From Cirrosporium novae-zelandiae (taxonomy: Eukaryota), in assembly GCA_026023565.1 (NCBI GenBank), contig JAPETS010000001.1:186001-250000 (forward strand): a stretch of 64,000 nucleotides of DNA. Reading direction: 5' to 3'. Under the pieces are notes generated by a model, which saw only the letters and a program-made list of their open reading frames with translations, searched no databases and was not told the origin of the DNA. Shown one piece after another: positions 13,182-27,208 of this stretch. The position numbers and the translations under genes are program-made. The stretch's first letter is position 1. The number at the start of each line of letters is the position of its first letter.

Positions 13182-14907
13182 ACTGGCAAGGGTTTATCGA
13201 GTTATGGGCGATGATTACGACGTGGGTGTTTGTTAGGCTAAAAGCGGCATCTTGTGACAGGATTGGTCGGATAAGAACTTTTTCCGTATTGTTAGACTTG
13301 AGAAGAAGTGCAAAAGTACAAAAGTGCCATTCCATAATAGTTGTTGTAATGCCGTAATGCCGTAATGCCGTAATGCAGTAATGTTCATGTAATGGCCATG
13401 TAATACCCCTGTAAAGCCCTATCATCACACCCGAGACGGCTAAACCCCTGACCCTTGGAACCTTGGCGGAACTTAGCTCTTCTTGGCTGGGACGAAAAAC
13501 TTGAAGGTCCAGCACTCGGTTGACAGCGGTCCGCTTCTTTCTGAACCTTCTCTGAGTCTGTTCCAGTTTGTTTTTGGTCAAGCCCAAGGAGTAACTTTCA
13601 GCTTACGGAATTACCTTTGCCATCCACGGCATCCCATGTGTGTGCCTTGCTCGACTACTCCCCCATACGTACATACCGTACGAAAACTCAAGATACCATG
13701 TATCGACAATACCCCCCTAACGAGCTTCTCATCTTTCCCTTTGTGCCCCAAAATAGTTTCGCCCTAAACCTACTTCTACCCTCCATCCACTATTTTTTTC
13801 GTATACGATCCATGGGTGGTGGTATCTAATGGCGGTGGTATCTAGTAGTATTCCCTCCCCCCCCCATCACCTTTCAAGGGACAAAAACCGAACTTCAAGT
13901 CCTAGAAATCACCTCCACTGCGCCTTTGCCGCTTCGCCTTGGCTGCTCGGTAGTACCAGTCTGTGGATAATAAGAAAACCCATTTAGCTAATATCTAATA
14001 TGATGAGAGTATCATCTTTCCTTAGCCCTGATCATCCCATCCATACAGTATTCAAGATTTAGTTCTGTTCAACATTCGTTATCTTCTAGTCTTCTGGGAA
14101 CCTTGGAAGGGATCTCTTTTATTCCATAATAAGAATCCTTACCAAACCATGATAATGCCGGACTGAGAATAGATGCACTACTTATTATCATCTATCCTCC
14201 ATTCGTTGCCTCCTACACGCCATCCGTACTACCCACCGCTTTAAGCGTTTTCACCCTTACTGCTTTGATTCCATCCCCCCGCAACTCCTTTTCCAGTATT
14301 TGCTATTCGCCAGTTTAATAATAATAATAATAGGGGGTTGTTCGAAAGGGCTGAATCAGTCATTTTGGACCAGGACTGGAAGTATTACCTTTTAATACCA
14401 GACCATTAGCCGCAGCCAGTATTAAGCCGCCGTATTGAACCGTACCAAGTGTCACAAACAGGAGACACCCATCTCAACTTTACCCAACTTTACCCAATCT
14501 TACAGCTTTACAGCTTAGAACACCCTCATCACTTACAGACCAGGTCCCAGTCCCAGTCCCAGACGCTCTGCTAGAAGGCGGCTTAGTCTCGTTCACTCTT
14601 TTCAATCATCTCTCTACACCATCCAGCTTTGAACCCTTTGAACATCAATATCCTTCACCTTTTTTTGACGGCGACCTAATCCATAACGTTGACCTTCGGT
14701 GTCATCTGCTCACTCGTTTTGCAGTCATCGGCCTTTCGTTTCGTTTCCCTTTTGTCCCTCGCTATCAGTATCGATTCGATGATCCCACGGAGAAGATTGA
14801 AGCTTTGAATTTGTTGATAGCGCTACGAGCGCTTATAAACACTCCTCACCCTCCACCTCACCTCTCGCTCATACTGGTGAAAGACCCAGGAGCTCTCTAC
14901 CAGCATC

Positions 14908-17900
14908 ATGTTGCGGTCTTCCGCAGCGGCCTTGCTGGCCGTGGCCGTCTCGTGCACATATGCTCTCCGATATGATTCAGCTTATACATCCTACAATCTC
15001 AATCAAAACAAGACGGCCACCGATCCTACTGATTATTGGGGAGAATGGTCAGGCCATGATTACTTTCCATCTCCTAAGAACTGGCGTTTTCCGGTATATA
15101 CGCTCTTCCTCGACCGTTTTGTTAATGGCGATCCAACGAATGACGACATTAATGGGACGCACTATGAACATGATTTGATGTCGACTCAATTTCGACATGG
15201 TGGAGATACGGAGGGTTTGATACAGTCATTGGACTACCTGCAGGGAATGGGAGTTAAAGTGAGCAAGAAATCAACGTTGGGGATGCGATTGGGGATGCTA
15301 ACGTGACATAGGCATTATACATTGCCGGTTCACCATTCATGAATCAACCTTGGGGTGCCGATCAGTACTCCCCTCTCGATTTTACGCTTCTGGATATGCA
15401 CTTGGGAACCATCAAACAATGGCGGGAAATGATTACCGAAGTTCACAACCGAAATATGTATGTTATCTTGGATAACACTTTGGGAACGTAAGTTTAGCAT
15501 TTTCATCTGATGTCTGAGACCTGCGCGAACACTAATTCTGCTTTACAGCATGGGTGACCTTATCGGATTTCAAGGATACATGAATGCTTCGACGCCATTT
15601 ACGTTGATCGAGCACAAGGTGCAGTGGAAGTCATCGCGACATTATCACGACTTTGAATTTGGCAACACTTATGAGGAGAAATGTAACTATCCTCGATTCT
15701 GGAATGACACAGGTTACCCTGTCAGCACCACTGTGACGAATGAGATGGTTGGCTGTTATGATAGCGATTTTGACCAAGTATGGACTTTTTTTTTTTGGAG
15801 CATCGTAGTGCTAAGCTGATATGTTGAGTAGTACGGTGACACGGAAGCCTTTGGTGTTTTCCCTGATTATCAACGTCAATTGTCTAAATTCGCCTCCGTG
15901 CAAGATCGTCTTCGAGAATGGAAACCTTCGGTGATGGATAAGATCAAGCAACATTCATGCATTGCTATTACCATGTTGGACTTTGATGGCTTCCGTTTCG
16001 ACAAAGCTACCCAGGTGACCGTGGACGCTCAAGCTGACTTTATGCACCACATGCGAGATTGTGCGAAGGCGCTGGGTAAGGATAATTTTTTCCTGCCTGG
16101 TGAAATTACTGGTGGAAACACTTTTGGTTCAATTTACCTGGGCCGTGGTCGTCAACCTGATATGCAGCCAGCGACTGCCGAAATTGCTGTTACAATGACG
16201 AACGAGTCTGAATCCCAATATTTCATCCGTGATCAAGGATATGAAGCCTTGGATGGCGCTGCTTTTCATTATACCGTTTATCGTTCGCTAACTAGGTTTT
16301 TGGGCATGGATGGAAATCTGGCCTCCGGATATGATACCGAGATTAATTGGGTTGATTCCTGGAACACTATGCTTCTCACAAATGACATGGTGAACGCAAA
16401 TACCGGCAAATTCGATCCTAGACATATGTATGGGGCAACCAACCAGGACGTTTTCCGGTGGCCTGCAATTACTAATGGCACCAATCGAATGTTGCTCGGT
16501 CTTTTCATCACGACCATTCACCAACCGGGTATTCCCTTACTTCTTTGGGGCGAGGACCAGGCTTTTTATCTTCTGGATAATACCGCTTCCAACTACCTTT
16601 TCGGTCGTCAGCCAATGTCTCCAGCCACAGCTTGGCAAACCCATGGTTGTTATCACCTGGGTTCCAGCGTGTACTATAAAATGCCCCTGAATGCTGCAAA
16701 GAACGGCTGCAATGACAACACAACCAATTACGATCACCGAGATCCCTCGCATCCCGTGCGAAATATAATCAAACGCATGTACCAGATTCGTGATGATTTC
16801 CCGGTCATCAATGATGGATGGTATCTGCAGAAATTGTCAAATCAAACCGAGGATGTGTACTATCCTGGAAGTGGTGGCACAGCAACAGTTACCGGAATCT
16901 ATTCAGTTCTCAGGAGTAGGTGGTCGACACACCAAGATTTTGACGACGCAGGTGGTGCTGGAAATCAATCTGTCTGGTTGCTTTATACCAATCTCAACCG
17001 CACGAAAACCTATACCTTTGATTGTACGAACAATGACACAGCGACTGCGACCAAAGCGCTTATTGCTCCCTTTGATGCAGGCACTACCGTAAAGAACCTG
17101 TTCTATCCTTATGACGAGAAGACGCTTGTTAAATCCGCCACGAAGCTGGGGCTTGAGGGCTCGGAGAAGTACAATGGGTGTCTTGATAGTGTGACCATGG
17201 ATCACTACGAATTCCGTGCCTATGTTCCCGTTGCCAAATGGGTTGGTCCTCCACCCATGGTCACCAAATTTTATCCTGGTCACGATCATCCCTTTTTGTC
17301 CAATGTTTCAGCTGGAAGTACTGAGACGGTGGATATTGTATTTGGCTTTAATACCGAAATGAACTGCGATGATTTGACCAGTGCGCTATCCTTCAATTCG
17401 TCTACGGAAGATGGCTCTACGCCGAGTATTGATAGTAGTACCATTACGTGTGGCAATCTCTCTAATGTTATAGAGTCAGAATACGCAGGGGGGATTGCAA
17501 CAACTTGGACCTATAGCGCGACCCTAAAGGGTGTGGCTAATGGCGTACATCGTATTACTATCAACAATGCCACCACTGAGTCTGGAGATGAGTATACCAA
17601 CGCTGTTGACCACTTCTTCTTCCGAATTGGACAAGCGGATAATCCAATTGTGTTCCCGAGGTCGGCAAATTATACTCGGGATTTGCTGCACCAATATGAC
17701 AATGGATCGTTCTATGTATCTCACAAAGCTCCAGGAGCTGATAAGTGGCGCTATTCATTGAATTGGGGTTCAACATATTCTACCTGGATGACCTACACTG
17801 GTGGAAACGACACCTTAGAAGACCAAGCTTGGTCAGGGACCTCCAGGCAAAAATGGAGTGGTGATCACGTTATTGTTCAGTACTGGAGCAAAATTGAGGG

Positions 17901-20900
17901 TAGCAGTGATTATTTCCAACATGCGGACCTTGGTCGACTAAATGACGCACCTCGACGATTTCCACATTTGTTCTGGCAGGGCCCATACAATCAATACGGT
18001 TATGATTCAGGATTGGCAAATGAATTCAAACTCAATAACAAAAACGGTCGCTGGGAATTTCATTTCATGTGGGAATGGCCTGCGATAGCGCAAATTAATG
18101 TTTGGGGAATGAATCCCGATGGAGAACCAGACCAGACCAATGTCCTAGGTGATGCGGATGAAGACTCGATCCTCGATCGTCTCCCACCTTCATCTTTAAC
18201 TTCGGTTACTTTGAATATTACAGCTGGACCGCCAAAACCGTATCTCGCTTGGAAGATTTCTATTGACGATGGATCCTACAGGTTTCAACTTATTCCTCAA
18301 GGCAACAGATACCAGCAGATGGCTTTGTACTGCCTGCTATGGATTACGCCGGTTTTAACTGGAGCTGCGGGTATTTGGGCTTTCATGAAATCATTTTACC
18401 AGGTGAAATTCAATCAAATTGGTGTTAGCGAGAAGAGAGGTTTCATCCCCCTGGCTATCCGACGAAGATTCAAGAAGAAGCTAGATCTGGAATCCTCAAA
18501 TCCTCTGATGAAGTTTGCCAATCGCTCCCGTATCGGACTGCAGCAGTCGGATGTTGCTATAGGTGCAGACGGACATCGCCGCATGGTTATTATCGCTACA
18601 ATGGAATACGATATCGAAGATTGGGCGATTAAGATTAAAATTGGTGGTCTTGGTGTCATGGCCCAATTGATGGGAAAAAACCTCGGTCATCAAGATCTTA
18701 TCTGGGTCGTGCCTTGTGTCGGTGGCATTGATTATCCTGTCGACGAGCAAGCAGAACCTATGAGCGTCACTATTTTGGGAAATCCATATGAAGTTCAGGT
18801 TCAGTACCATACTTTACGGAACATCACCTACGTTCTACTTGATGCACCTGTCTTCCGTCAACAATCCAAATCGGAACCATATCCGGCTCGTATGGACGAT
18901 CTCGACAGTGCTATTTATTATTCGGCTTGGAATCAGTGTGTTGCTTTGGCCGTTGAACGTTTTCCCGTTGACCTTTACCATATTAACGATTACCATGGAT
19001 CTCTTGCGCCGTTGTATTTGCTCCCGAAGACTATTCCTGTCTGTCTTTCCCTTCACAACGCTGAATTCCAAGGTCTTTGGCCAATGAGAAGCGTTAAAGA
19101 GCGCGAGGAAGTCTGTTCAGTATTTAACCTGGAGCCAGAGGTTGCCGCGCGATATGTCCAATTTGGCGAAGTTTTCAATTTGCTGCACGCGGGTGCCAGT
19201 TATTTGCGAATTCATCAGCAAGGGTTTGGCGCTGTCGGCGTGTCTGCGAAATACGGTAAACGTTCATATGCTCGTTATCCTATTTTCTGGGGCCTGAAAA
19301 AGATCGGCAAACTGCCTAACCCGGATCCATCGGATACAGGCGAATGGAATAAGGAACTCCCCAAAGATGGTGACATTAAAGTTGATCCTGGTTTCGAGGC
19401 TGACAGAGGAGATTTGAGGAGACAGGCCCAGGAATGGGCTGGACTGAATGTCGATCCTAGCGCTGAACTATTTGTTTTTGTCGGTAGATGGTCAATGCAG
19501 AAAGGTGTCGACTTAATTGCAGATGTTTTCCCCACTGTTCTGGAAGCCCATCCGAAAGTACAGGTTATCGCCGTTGGTCCCGTTATTGATCTCTATGGAA
19601 AATTCGCTGCCCTTAAACTGAGCAAATTGATGGAACTTTACCCTGGTCGTGTTTTCTCGAAACCCGAATTCACCGCTTTACCCCCATACATCTTTAGCGG
19701 AGCTGAATTTGCCCTTATTCCTTCCCGTGACGAACCGTTCGGACTGGTAGCCGTGGAGTTTGGAAGAAAGGGTGCTTTGGGTGTTGGTGCTCGTGTTGGT
19801 GGTCTAGGTCAAATGCCTGGTTGGTGGTATACAGTCGAGTCTACCACGACCACTCATTTGCTACATCAATTCAAACTAGCTATCGATGGGGCCCTAGCAT
19901 CCGATACTGAAACTCGAGCCATGATGCGAGCACGGTCCGCCAAGCAAAGGTTTCCGGTTGCTCAATGGGTTGAAGATTTGGAAATTCTACAGGGAACCGC
20001 AATACGAATTCACGACAAAGAAGCTTCGAAAGCCCGCTCAGGAAGACCCACAACTCCAAGGAATCTGAGCTCTCCCATGTCCGGTATGATGAGCCCCAAT
20101 CCTTTTTCACGCAATTCGAGTGTCGCAAACCTTTCTCGTCTCAGCCAAGGCAATCAATCAAGGCGATCTAGCAATGTGTACAGTCGTGCGCCAAGTCCCG
20201 ATGGTGAAGAACATACTACCTCCGCCGCACCCGCCTTGAGTCGAACCTTGTCTCTAGGTGTTAGAGCTGGTCCCGGCCATCTGGCAAACCAAAAGCGTGG
20301 TCGCCGTAGGATACAGAAACGGGATAGCAAGGGGGCTGGTCTCGGGGAGCATGAACCCGACACCGTAAGCGAGGGCATTGGCATGGCCATAACAGACATC
20401 GATGAAGAGAGTGATGGCGAAAATTATATTCCTAGTTACTACGGAGATGACGAGTACGCCATGACGAACGAAGAGGCAGAGGCTGCCAGACATTTGGATA
20501 TGATGCATGGGACAAATCGGTCAATGGCCAATTTGGCCGCCCCCGATCTTCTTACTCCTCGTGTTCCTTCTTTCCAGGGCAGTACGACTGATTTGCATAA
20601 ATCACTGCAACCCAACTCCCCACCCTCGTTACCAGGCACCCCTGGACCCGATGACGGTCTTTTACCCCCTCCACGTCTGTTGGGGGAGAATACAAACAGA
20701 TACAGTAGCGCATCCGTCCTAAGCTTGGATTCTGTTGTCGGAGCTAAGAAGGACTTCAAACTACAACAAGTCGATCCATTCTTCACCGACAGTACAGGAG
20801 AATACTACAAGGCTTTTGAAAAGAAGCTCGAAACCTTGGATGCAAAGAATTCCGAGAATCTGCTCTGTATTGAAGACTATCTCGTAAAGAGTGAAAAGAA

Positions 20901-22506
20901 GTGGTTTGATAGATTCCGCGACGCTCGATTGGGCCGAACTCCTCATCATCACGGAGGAGATCGGTCGCCAGCCAGTTCTATTTTCCATGGCAAATCGGGC
21001 AAGCATGACCGCTCATCCTCTCCGGCAGGCTCAATTTTTAATGAAGATTTAGATGCATCTAACTCTGGCAGTGAAGGCAAGGAATCAGTTCAAGACCAGT
21101 TCCTCCTCGGTGACAATTATAGACCTCCAACTGGTTTGAAGAAGTACATGCAAGTTCGTATCGCTGGATGGCCCGTTTATTCCCTTTTCCTAAGTATAGG
21201 TCAAATTATCGCCGCAAGTTCCTACCAAATTAATCTCCTCTGTGGAACTGTCGGTGAAACTGCGATAAAGCTCTACATACTTTGCACCATCTACGCTGTG
21301 ACATCCATCATGTGGTGGTTTGTTTTCAGACGTTTCAAATCGGTTTACATCCTGTCGATTCCGTGGTTCTTTTATGGCTTAGCATTTATGTTCATTGGCC
21401 TGGCGCACTTTGTTGATGGCACTACTGGTAGAGGATGGATGCAAAACGTGGGAACCGGTATCTACGCAGTCGCTTCTTCCAGTGGTTCGGTCTTTTTCGC
21501 TTTGAACTTTGGTGATGAGGGTAAGTCTTCCTCGGGAAAACATTCCGGCGAGCTACGCTAACTATAGTTATTAGGTGGTGCGCCTATCAAGGATTGGGTC
21601 CTGCGAGCTTGTCTTGTCCAAGGAACTCAGTCGACATATGTTGTTGCTCTGTGGTATTGGGGTAATTATCTGACCGAAGAAACAGCTTCGGGTGTCAGCA
21701 CAACAGGCAGTACCATCACCAGCAGCTGGATTATGACGGCCATTACAGTACCCATCGGCGTGATTCTTTGGGCTATTGGTATACTTTGCTTCCTTGGACT
21801 TCCAGACTATTATCGTCAAACTCCCGGTGCGGTACCATCCTTCTATCACTCCCTTTTCCGCCGAAAGATCGTTTCCTGGTTCTTTGTTTACGTCTTGCTC
21901 CAAAACTTCTGGCTGTCTGCGCCTTACGGACGTAATTGGTCCTACCTATGGTCTTCTGATCACGCCAAAGCCTGGCAAATTCTCCTCCTGGTCGTTTTCT
22001 TCTTCGGTTTCGTTTGGGCTGCGTTTCTGTACCTCTTCTTCAAACTTTCCAAGGATCACTCGTGGATTTTACCTGTTTTCGCCATTGGTCTTGGTGCGCC
22101 ACGTTGGTGTCAAATGCTCTGGGGTACATCTTCTATCGGCCAATTTGTTCCGTGGGCAGGCGGCCGTGTGGCATCTGCTCTCATCGGTCGTTCTCTGTGG
22201 CTTTGGCTCGGTGTTCTTGATACCATTCAGGGTGTAGGGTTCGGTATGATTTTGCTTCAAACTCTCACTCGAATCCATATTTGCTTCACACTACTGGCGG
22301 CACAAGTTGTTGGTTCCATTGCTACAATAATGGGTCGTGCATTTGCACCTGACAAGATCGGCCCTGGTGACGTTTTCCCCGATTTCTCCGCCGGAGTGGC
22401 TGAAGGTCTATCCAAAGTATGGTTCTGGGTCACATTAATATGTCAATTGGCCATTTGCGGTGGCTTCTTTCTATTTTTCAGGAAAGAACAACTGTCGAAG
22501 CCTTAA
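14908..22506 (+). CDS. ags: Cell-wall alpha-1,3-glucan synthase (Ags/Mok), exons 14908-15258, 15312-15487, 15549-15777, 15832-21520, 21575-22506, ~2458 aa
   Basis: Signal peptide; GH13-like extracellular domain (LDRFVNGDPTND, DGFRFDKATQ, GEITGG); TM helix; GT5-like synthase (KIGGLGVMA, HINDYHG, FVGRWSMQKG, SRDEPFGLVAVEF); multi-TM C-terminus ending FRKEQLSKP. Four GT-AG introns keep frame. Confidence 0.97.
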
Positions 22507-23308
22507 AAAGGCTCGAAGAAAGCTAAAAAAGAAATTTCTGGTGGAACACTTTGTCAGGACAAAGCCATCAATCCTGTTACTGAAGTTAAATGTTTAACTT
22601 TCATTTTTATTGAACGGATATATGGCATTGAAGGTAGAGCGGAAGGGGCCATTATAATGCTGCTACGAGGTATATAGCATTCATTTTTTCAGTCTTGTTT
22701 TGCATGGAGGCGTTTGATTTGGGAGGTGCAATATCATCTAACTTACTGTACATGAGTGAAGGCTTTTTAAAGCCTTTCCCATGGCTTGCCTGCACATAAG
22801 GGCGCACCATCTTAGTTTCCTAATGATAAAGTCTTAAGTCTTTTTTGGTTGTGATAATTCATTTTTGAACAAGAGCAGGCGATGGTGTACGTGTGGGGAG
22901 GGGTTGGGGATGGATAGCTTTATAGAGGATAACCAAAATCTATTGACGTTTATTACATGGTCACAAATCTATTCAAATAGGCAATGTCGTTAAAATTTAA
23001 CATCTAGAATCTGTTCAGACTTGGGACTCATGAATAGAGACAAATAGGAGTGTAGACGGATCCCGTCCAATCCAATCTAATCTGATAAAAAAGCTTATTC
23101 CAAAGTTCGGCACTTGTTCTTAGTCATCTATTCCTATTTTCTCGGTCGAGTACGGATGAACTAATGCTGCCTAACGTCACTTCTACTCATAGGCTCCAAG
23201 CTTTCGAGCTCTCCCCGTCCCATTCCTTCTACTTCATCCCACTTCTCCACCCATCTCCCCTTCGCTCTTTTCTATACACGCCCGTTACTCTCTCCTCTTC
23301 AGCTAATC

Positions 23309-24229
23309 ATGGCCAAATCTTCAGATAACAATGACCCAAACTCGCGACAAGAGTCTCATCCTGACTTTAGCACTCCTCTTCCTCGTGAGAAATTAAACAA
23401 GAATCTGCAGAAGATTGTTGATGAGGAGGATACAAAGTGGTGGGATCGCATCAATGAAGGAACGTATGTTGTCCTTTTCGCTTACGTGTTCTTGTGTTGC
23501 TTCTTAATTTATTGATGTGTTCAATCTAGAGCTGCCGATTCTACCGGTACTTCTTTCCGATATGCTGCCTATGCCACTCGAATTCGTACGATTCTTCTTT
23601 CGGCCCATCGTTATGTTGCCTATACTTCCGACATTGGAGAGTCTTTTCGGCCGGTAGCACATCCTTGGCTCGTCCGCGGTGCGTATGGTGTCTCTTGGGC
23701 GTACATTCTCGGCGACGTCGGTTATGAAGGATACAAAGCATATTTGCGAAACCAGCGAATCCTTAATCCCTTATCTGCTCCTCACAAAGACGTACCGGAA
23801 CCTGAGAACAGTCGCCCCTTGACTACGTCGGCGCCGACAGCAATATTATCCAGCCAACCTCTGACTATACCTCTGATTGAGGACTATCGTGTCATAATGG
23901 CCCAACGTGCAACCTTCCAATCCATCGCATCAATGGGTCTTCCTGCATTTACGATCCATAGCATCGTGCGATATTCCGGCCGGGCAATGAAGAGCGTCAA
24001 GAATGTTAAACTGAGAACATGGGGCCCAATTGGACTGGGGTTATCGGCCGTGCCTTTCCTGCCGTATCTGTTTGACAAACCTGTAGAGGAGGGTATCGAG
24101 TGGTTGTTTTACAATGGAGCGAGGGCTTGGGGAGGAGAAGATGCCGTTAGAGGGAGGAGCAGTACAGGCAGAAGCGAGGCGCTGTTAAAAGAGAGTAGGG
24201 AAGAAAGGAAAAAAGAGAAGGAACTGTAA
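23309..24229 (+). CDS. Mitochondrial 18 kDa protein / mitochondrial fission process protein 1 (MTP18/MTFP1) homolog, exons 23309-23463, 23530-24229
   Basis: Spliced product has RYVAYTSDIGESFRPVAHPWLVRGAYGVSWAYILGDV, FQSIASMGLPAFTIH and PFLPYLFDKPVE, characteristic of the MTP18 family. Confidence 0.88.
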
Positions 24230-24991
24230 GGGATGGACGAATATTGGAGGCGCACCGGGGTTCCAAGGGATATAATCATGATGCATGATGTATGATAGAT
24301 AGCAGTCGTATCGATACTACCCCTCCAGTAGATAAGGGCTAATAAACATGTGGTGTGTTGTGAAGGGTCGGTGTCCGAATAGTGTAAAAGGGGCGGGTGG
24401 TGTATATAACAAGCAAACAAATCCAATTCTCAAAAATCCATTTTCGGCATCAGTGAACTAACCAGCAACACACTTATGCACTAATTACAGAAGAAGCCTA
24501 CCATCCAAAAGTTGATTTTGATTATGACTAGGTACGTAGTGATGGTCGATGGAGAATTGCATGACACGACACTAAAGAGGTGTTTACTTGATGATGATGA
24601 TGGTGGGGGGAGGCTGGGGATACTCTCATGACATTTATTGGAGATAGTGGAAGGTGATGTTTTCGATATCTTTTTCGACTTGAGGGGGAGATATGTTCTA
24701 TGGTGGTTTTACAAACTGCGCATGCAGGAAACGAAAGAGCTGTAGCATTTCAAGCAACATGGCTCACCATGCATGATCATTTCTCGATGAATGAGCTAGA
24801 GTACGTGGTCCTAGTGAAGAACTCCGTACATCTGGAGTCGCCCTTTACTAATTATTACTTTCAGTTTGAGAGAGAATGGTGATAATGTTCATCTACGATC
24901 TCATTGTGTCAATTCAACGTTATGGCATCTTAAATTCATAATTCTCTTCACATGCCCAATTCTATTTACCACTGTTTTGTACGCGAAACAG

Positions 24992-26215
24992 CTATTCGTC
25001 CGACAGCCCTAATGCCTGTCTCCTGGTGGGTGCGCTTGGATCAAAATAAGGCTCTTCAGCAAGTGCAGTTACTCTGGTGCCATGTCTCGGCTGGGCTGCC
25101 TCGTAATCCCAACTTGCATTATGGATGGTGATCCTATTGCTATTAACCTCTATGCTTATTTTGTCGGGATTTGCTTACCTATTGTCCCATAGAGCGCTAG
25201 TCCGCGGCGTCCAATGGAAACGAAGTTGAATATCAACATTCTTTTCATATACGTCGTAAAGGTATCCGAGGATAACATCACTCTCCGGCTTGTCAAGTCC
25301 GACAATTCTATCACACATGGCTCGGTTGACCCAAAGTGCTTTCCAACCCGTGGCGGGATGCACTCTTACCAATGGATGAACACGCTCAACGTACTTTGGT
25401 CCTGCGGAAGGATCATCTCGGTCGAGGTATGGATGCGCCGAACGATATACGGCTTCTTTACCGTCAATCAACTTACGGAAATCGGGAGATAATTTTTCGT
25501 AGGCGGCATAACCACTTGCCCACAGAGTATCACCGCCGACTTCGGGGACCGTGTCGTTGTGAAGGTGTGTAACTCCAGCTGGCCGTCTTTCGTGTACCAA
25601 ATCCGAGTGCCAGCGGGATGCTCCTCCGGGATGACGGAAGCTGGCCTTTCTCTCTGTGGCTTGAAGTTCCGGCCATATAACAGTTACTCCTGGAACTCCT
25701 GGAACTTGAGGAACTTGGGGCTAAGGTTCATTAGTTCTAGCATTGGTTGCTGCGCCAAGAAACGAACATACATGAATTTCAATTTCTCCATACCATTCAC
25801 CTAATTCCTTTTGCTGTTGAGGAGAAATGTCTTGATCACGGAAGAAAACGACACTTCGTTCTGCGATCAGCAGTCCAAGCTCGTCCTTTTGCTGTGGCGT
25901 AAGGTCCTTCAACTGGAGGCCGACAATTTCGGTTCCAATATGTGCAGTCAGGTTTTTGACTTCCTTTGCGGCAGAGAACAGTGCCTTCTTGGCTGGATCT
26001 GCCCGTTTACCGGCATCATGGTATTCTCGCTCATAGTTTCGAATGTTGTAAACGTCTTGTAGGTAGAGAGGTACTGCTGGGCGATATGGATAGCCGTTGG
26101 AGAGGTCAATTCCAGCTTTCTCGAGGCGCTTTCGAGCATCTGCTGGGAGGCCAAGCTTGTCCTTTCGAGGTTGGATGTAATCTACGATGGTAGGTTCAAT
26201 TGGTGCAGGAGCCAT
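24992..26215 (-). CDS. Alpha-ketoglutarate-dependent sulfonate/taurine dioxygenase (TauD/Jlp1 family), exons 26215-25772, 25720-25179, 25133-24992, ~375 aa
   Basis: IGTEIVGLQL, VVFFRDQD, Fe-binding WHSD, GGDTLWAS, HPLVRVHPATGWKAL, WDNRITIH. Two GT-AG introns. Confidence 0.93.
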
Positions 26216-27208
26216 GATTTAAGTCTGATTCTTTGATTATGCCACTTTGTGATTTATGATTTGAGAATTTTGAATTTATCGTTCCTCTTAGCCCTCAGTT
26301 TCTTTCGCTATATATCTACTATGAGATACACGGTGTTAAAGGGTTTGCATGGATGGTTATCTTTTGCTGCATGATTCCAACTTTCCTGGAAATCACATCA
26401 TCGCCTGGCTTGCTTAGCAATCACATCTCCTCCATAATTCTGCATCAACTTCCATCATGCCTCGGCAGATCAGTGACTTATACATCTCCAAAACCAATTG
26501 AATCATGTTGATTAAGAATTCTGCCTATAATAACCGTTCGTCCATCATCTCGTCATCGCCATTGACTATGAGATGACATGCTATCGAAGTTTCAAGTCCG
26601 AGGAACCCCACCATTCTCCGCACCTGCTAACCCGCAGATTGTATAATTCATCACTATCTTATTTCTCGCCCGAATGAAAGACGTCTTGCAGGAGTTACAA
26701 GGGCCTTCTTCCACGTTGAGGATGGCAACCAAGTCCGGTAAATATCCTGATGGTGGTTGAAAATAGACAACCCTATCACGTACGTGAACCCCCTTGAACA
26801 AGTGACGTGAAGTGACTTGGTAATTTTTCACCTATTCAAGATAAGTACGTGCCTTTGCAAATGCCTTGCCGAGGCTTGGTTCGTCATCGATTCAGGAAAC
26901 CCCCCATGTTGATGAAATGTGGATGACCGAGATATTAACATTGACTGATGGATTAGTCTGGAAAACCCTTCTCTAACTAATGTCTTGGTCAATTGGCTTG
27001 GGGAATTGCGTGCCTGTTGAGTCGTAATGCGTTATTTATTCCTTGTCGTGTTCATGTTCACTATATATCCAAAGAGGGAAATAAATATAATCGGCGGAAC
27101 CCTCGATAGATTCCAGACCTCGGGTCTATCCATTTGTTTTTTTGAAGCAATAAGTGTCTCATTTACGTATCTCGTCGATCAGGCCATCGTCTGACGCCTC
27201 GTCCAGCC

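Noticed and set aside
14315..14333. Rlm1-like TA(W)4TAG site upstream of ags
   Set aside because: It arises trivially from a (TAA)n microsatellite; I noticed no CTA(W)4TAG consensus.
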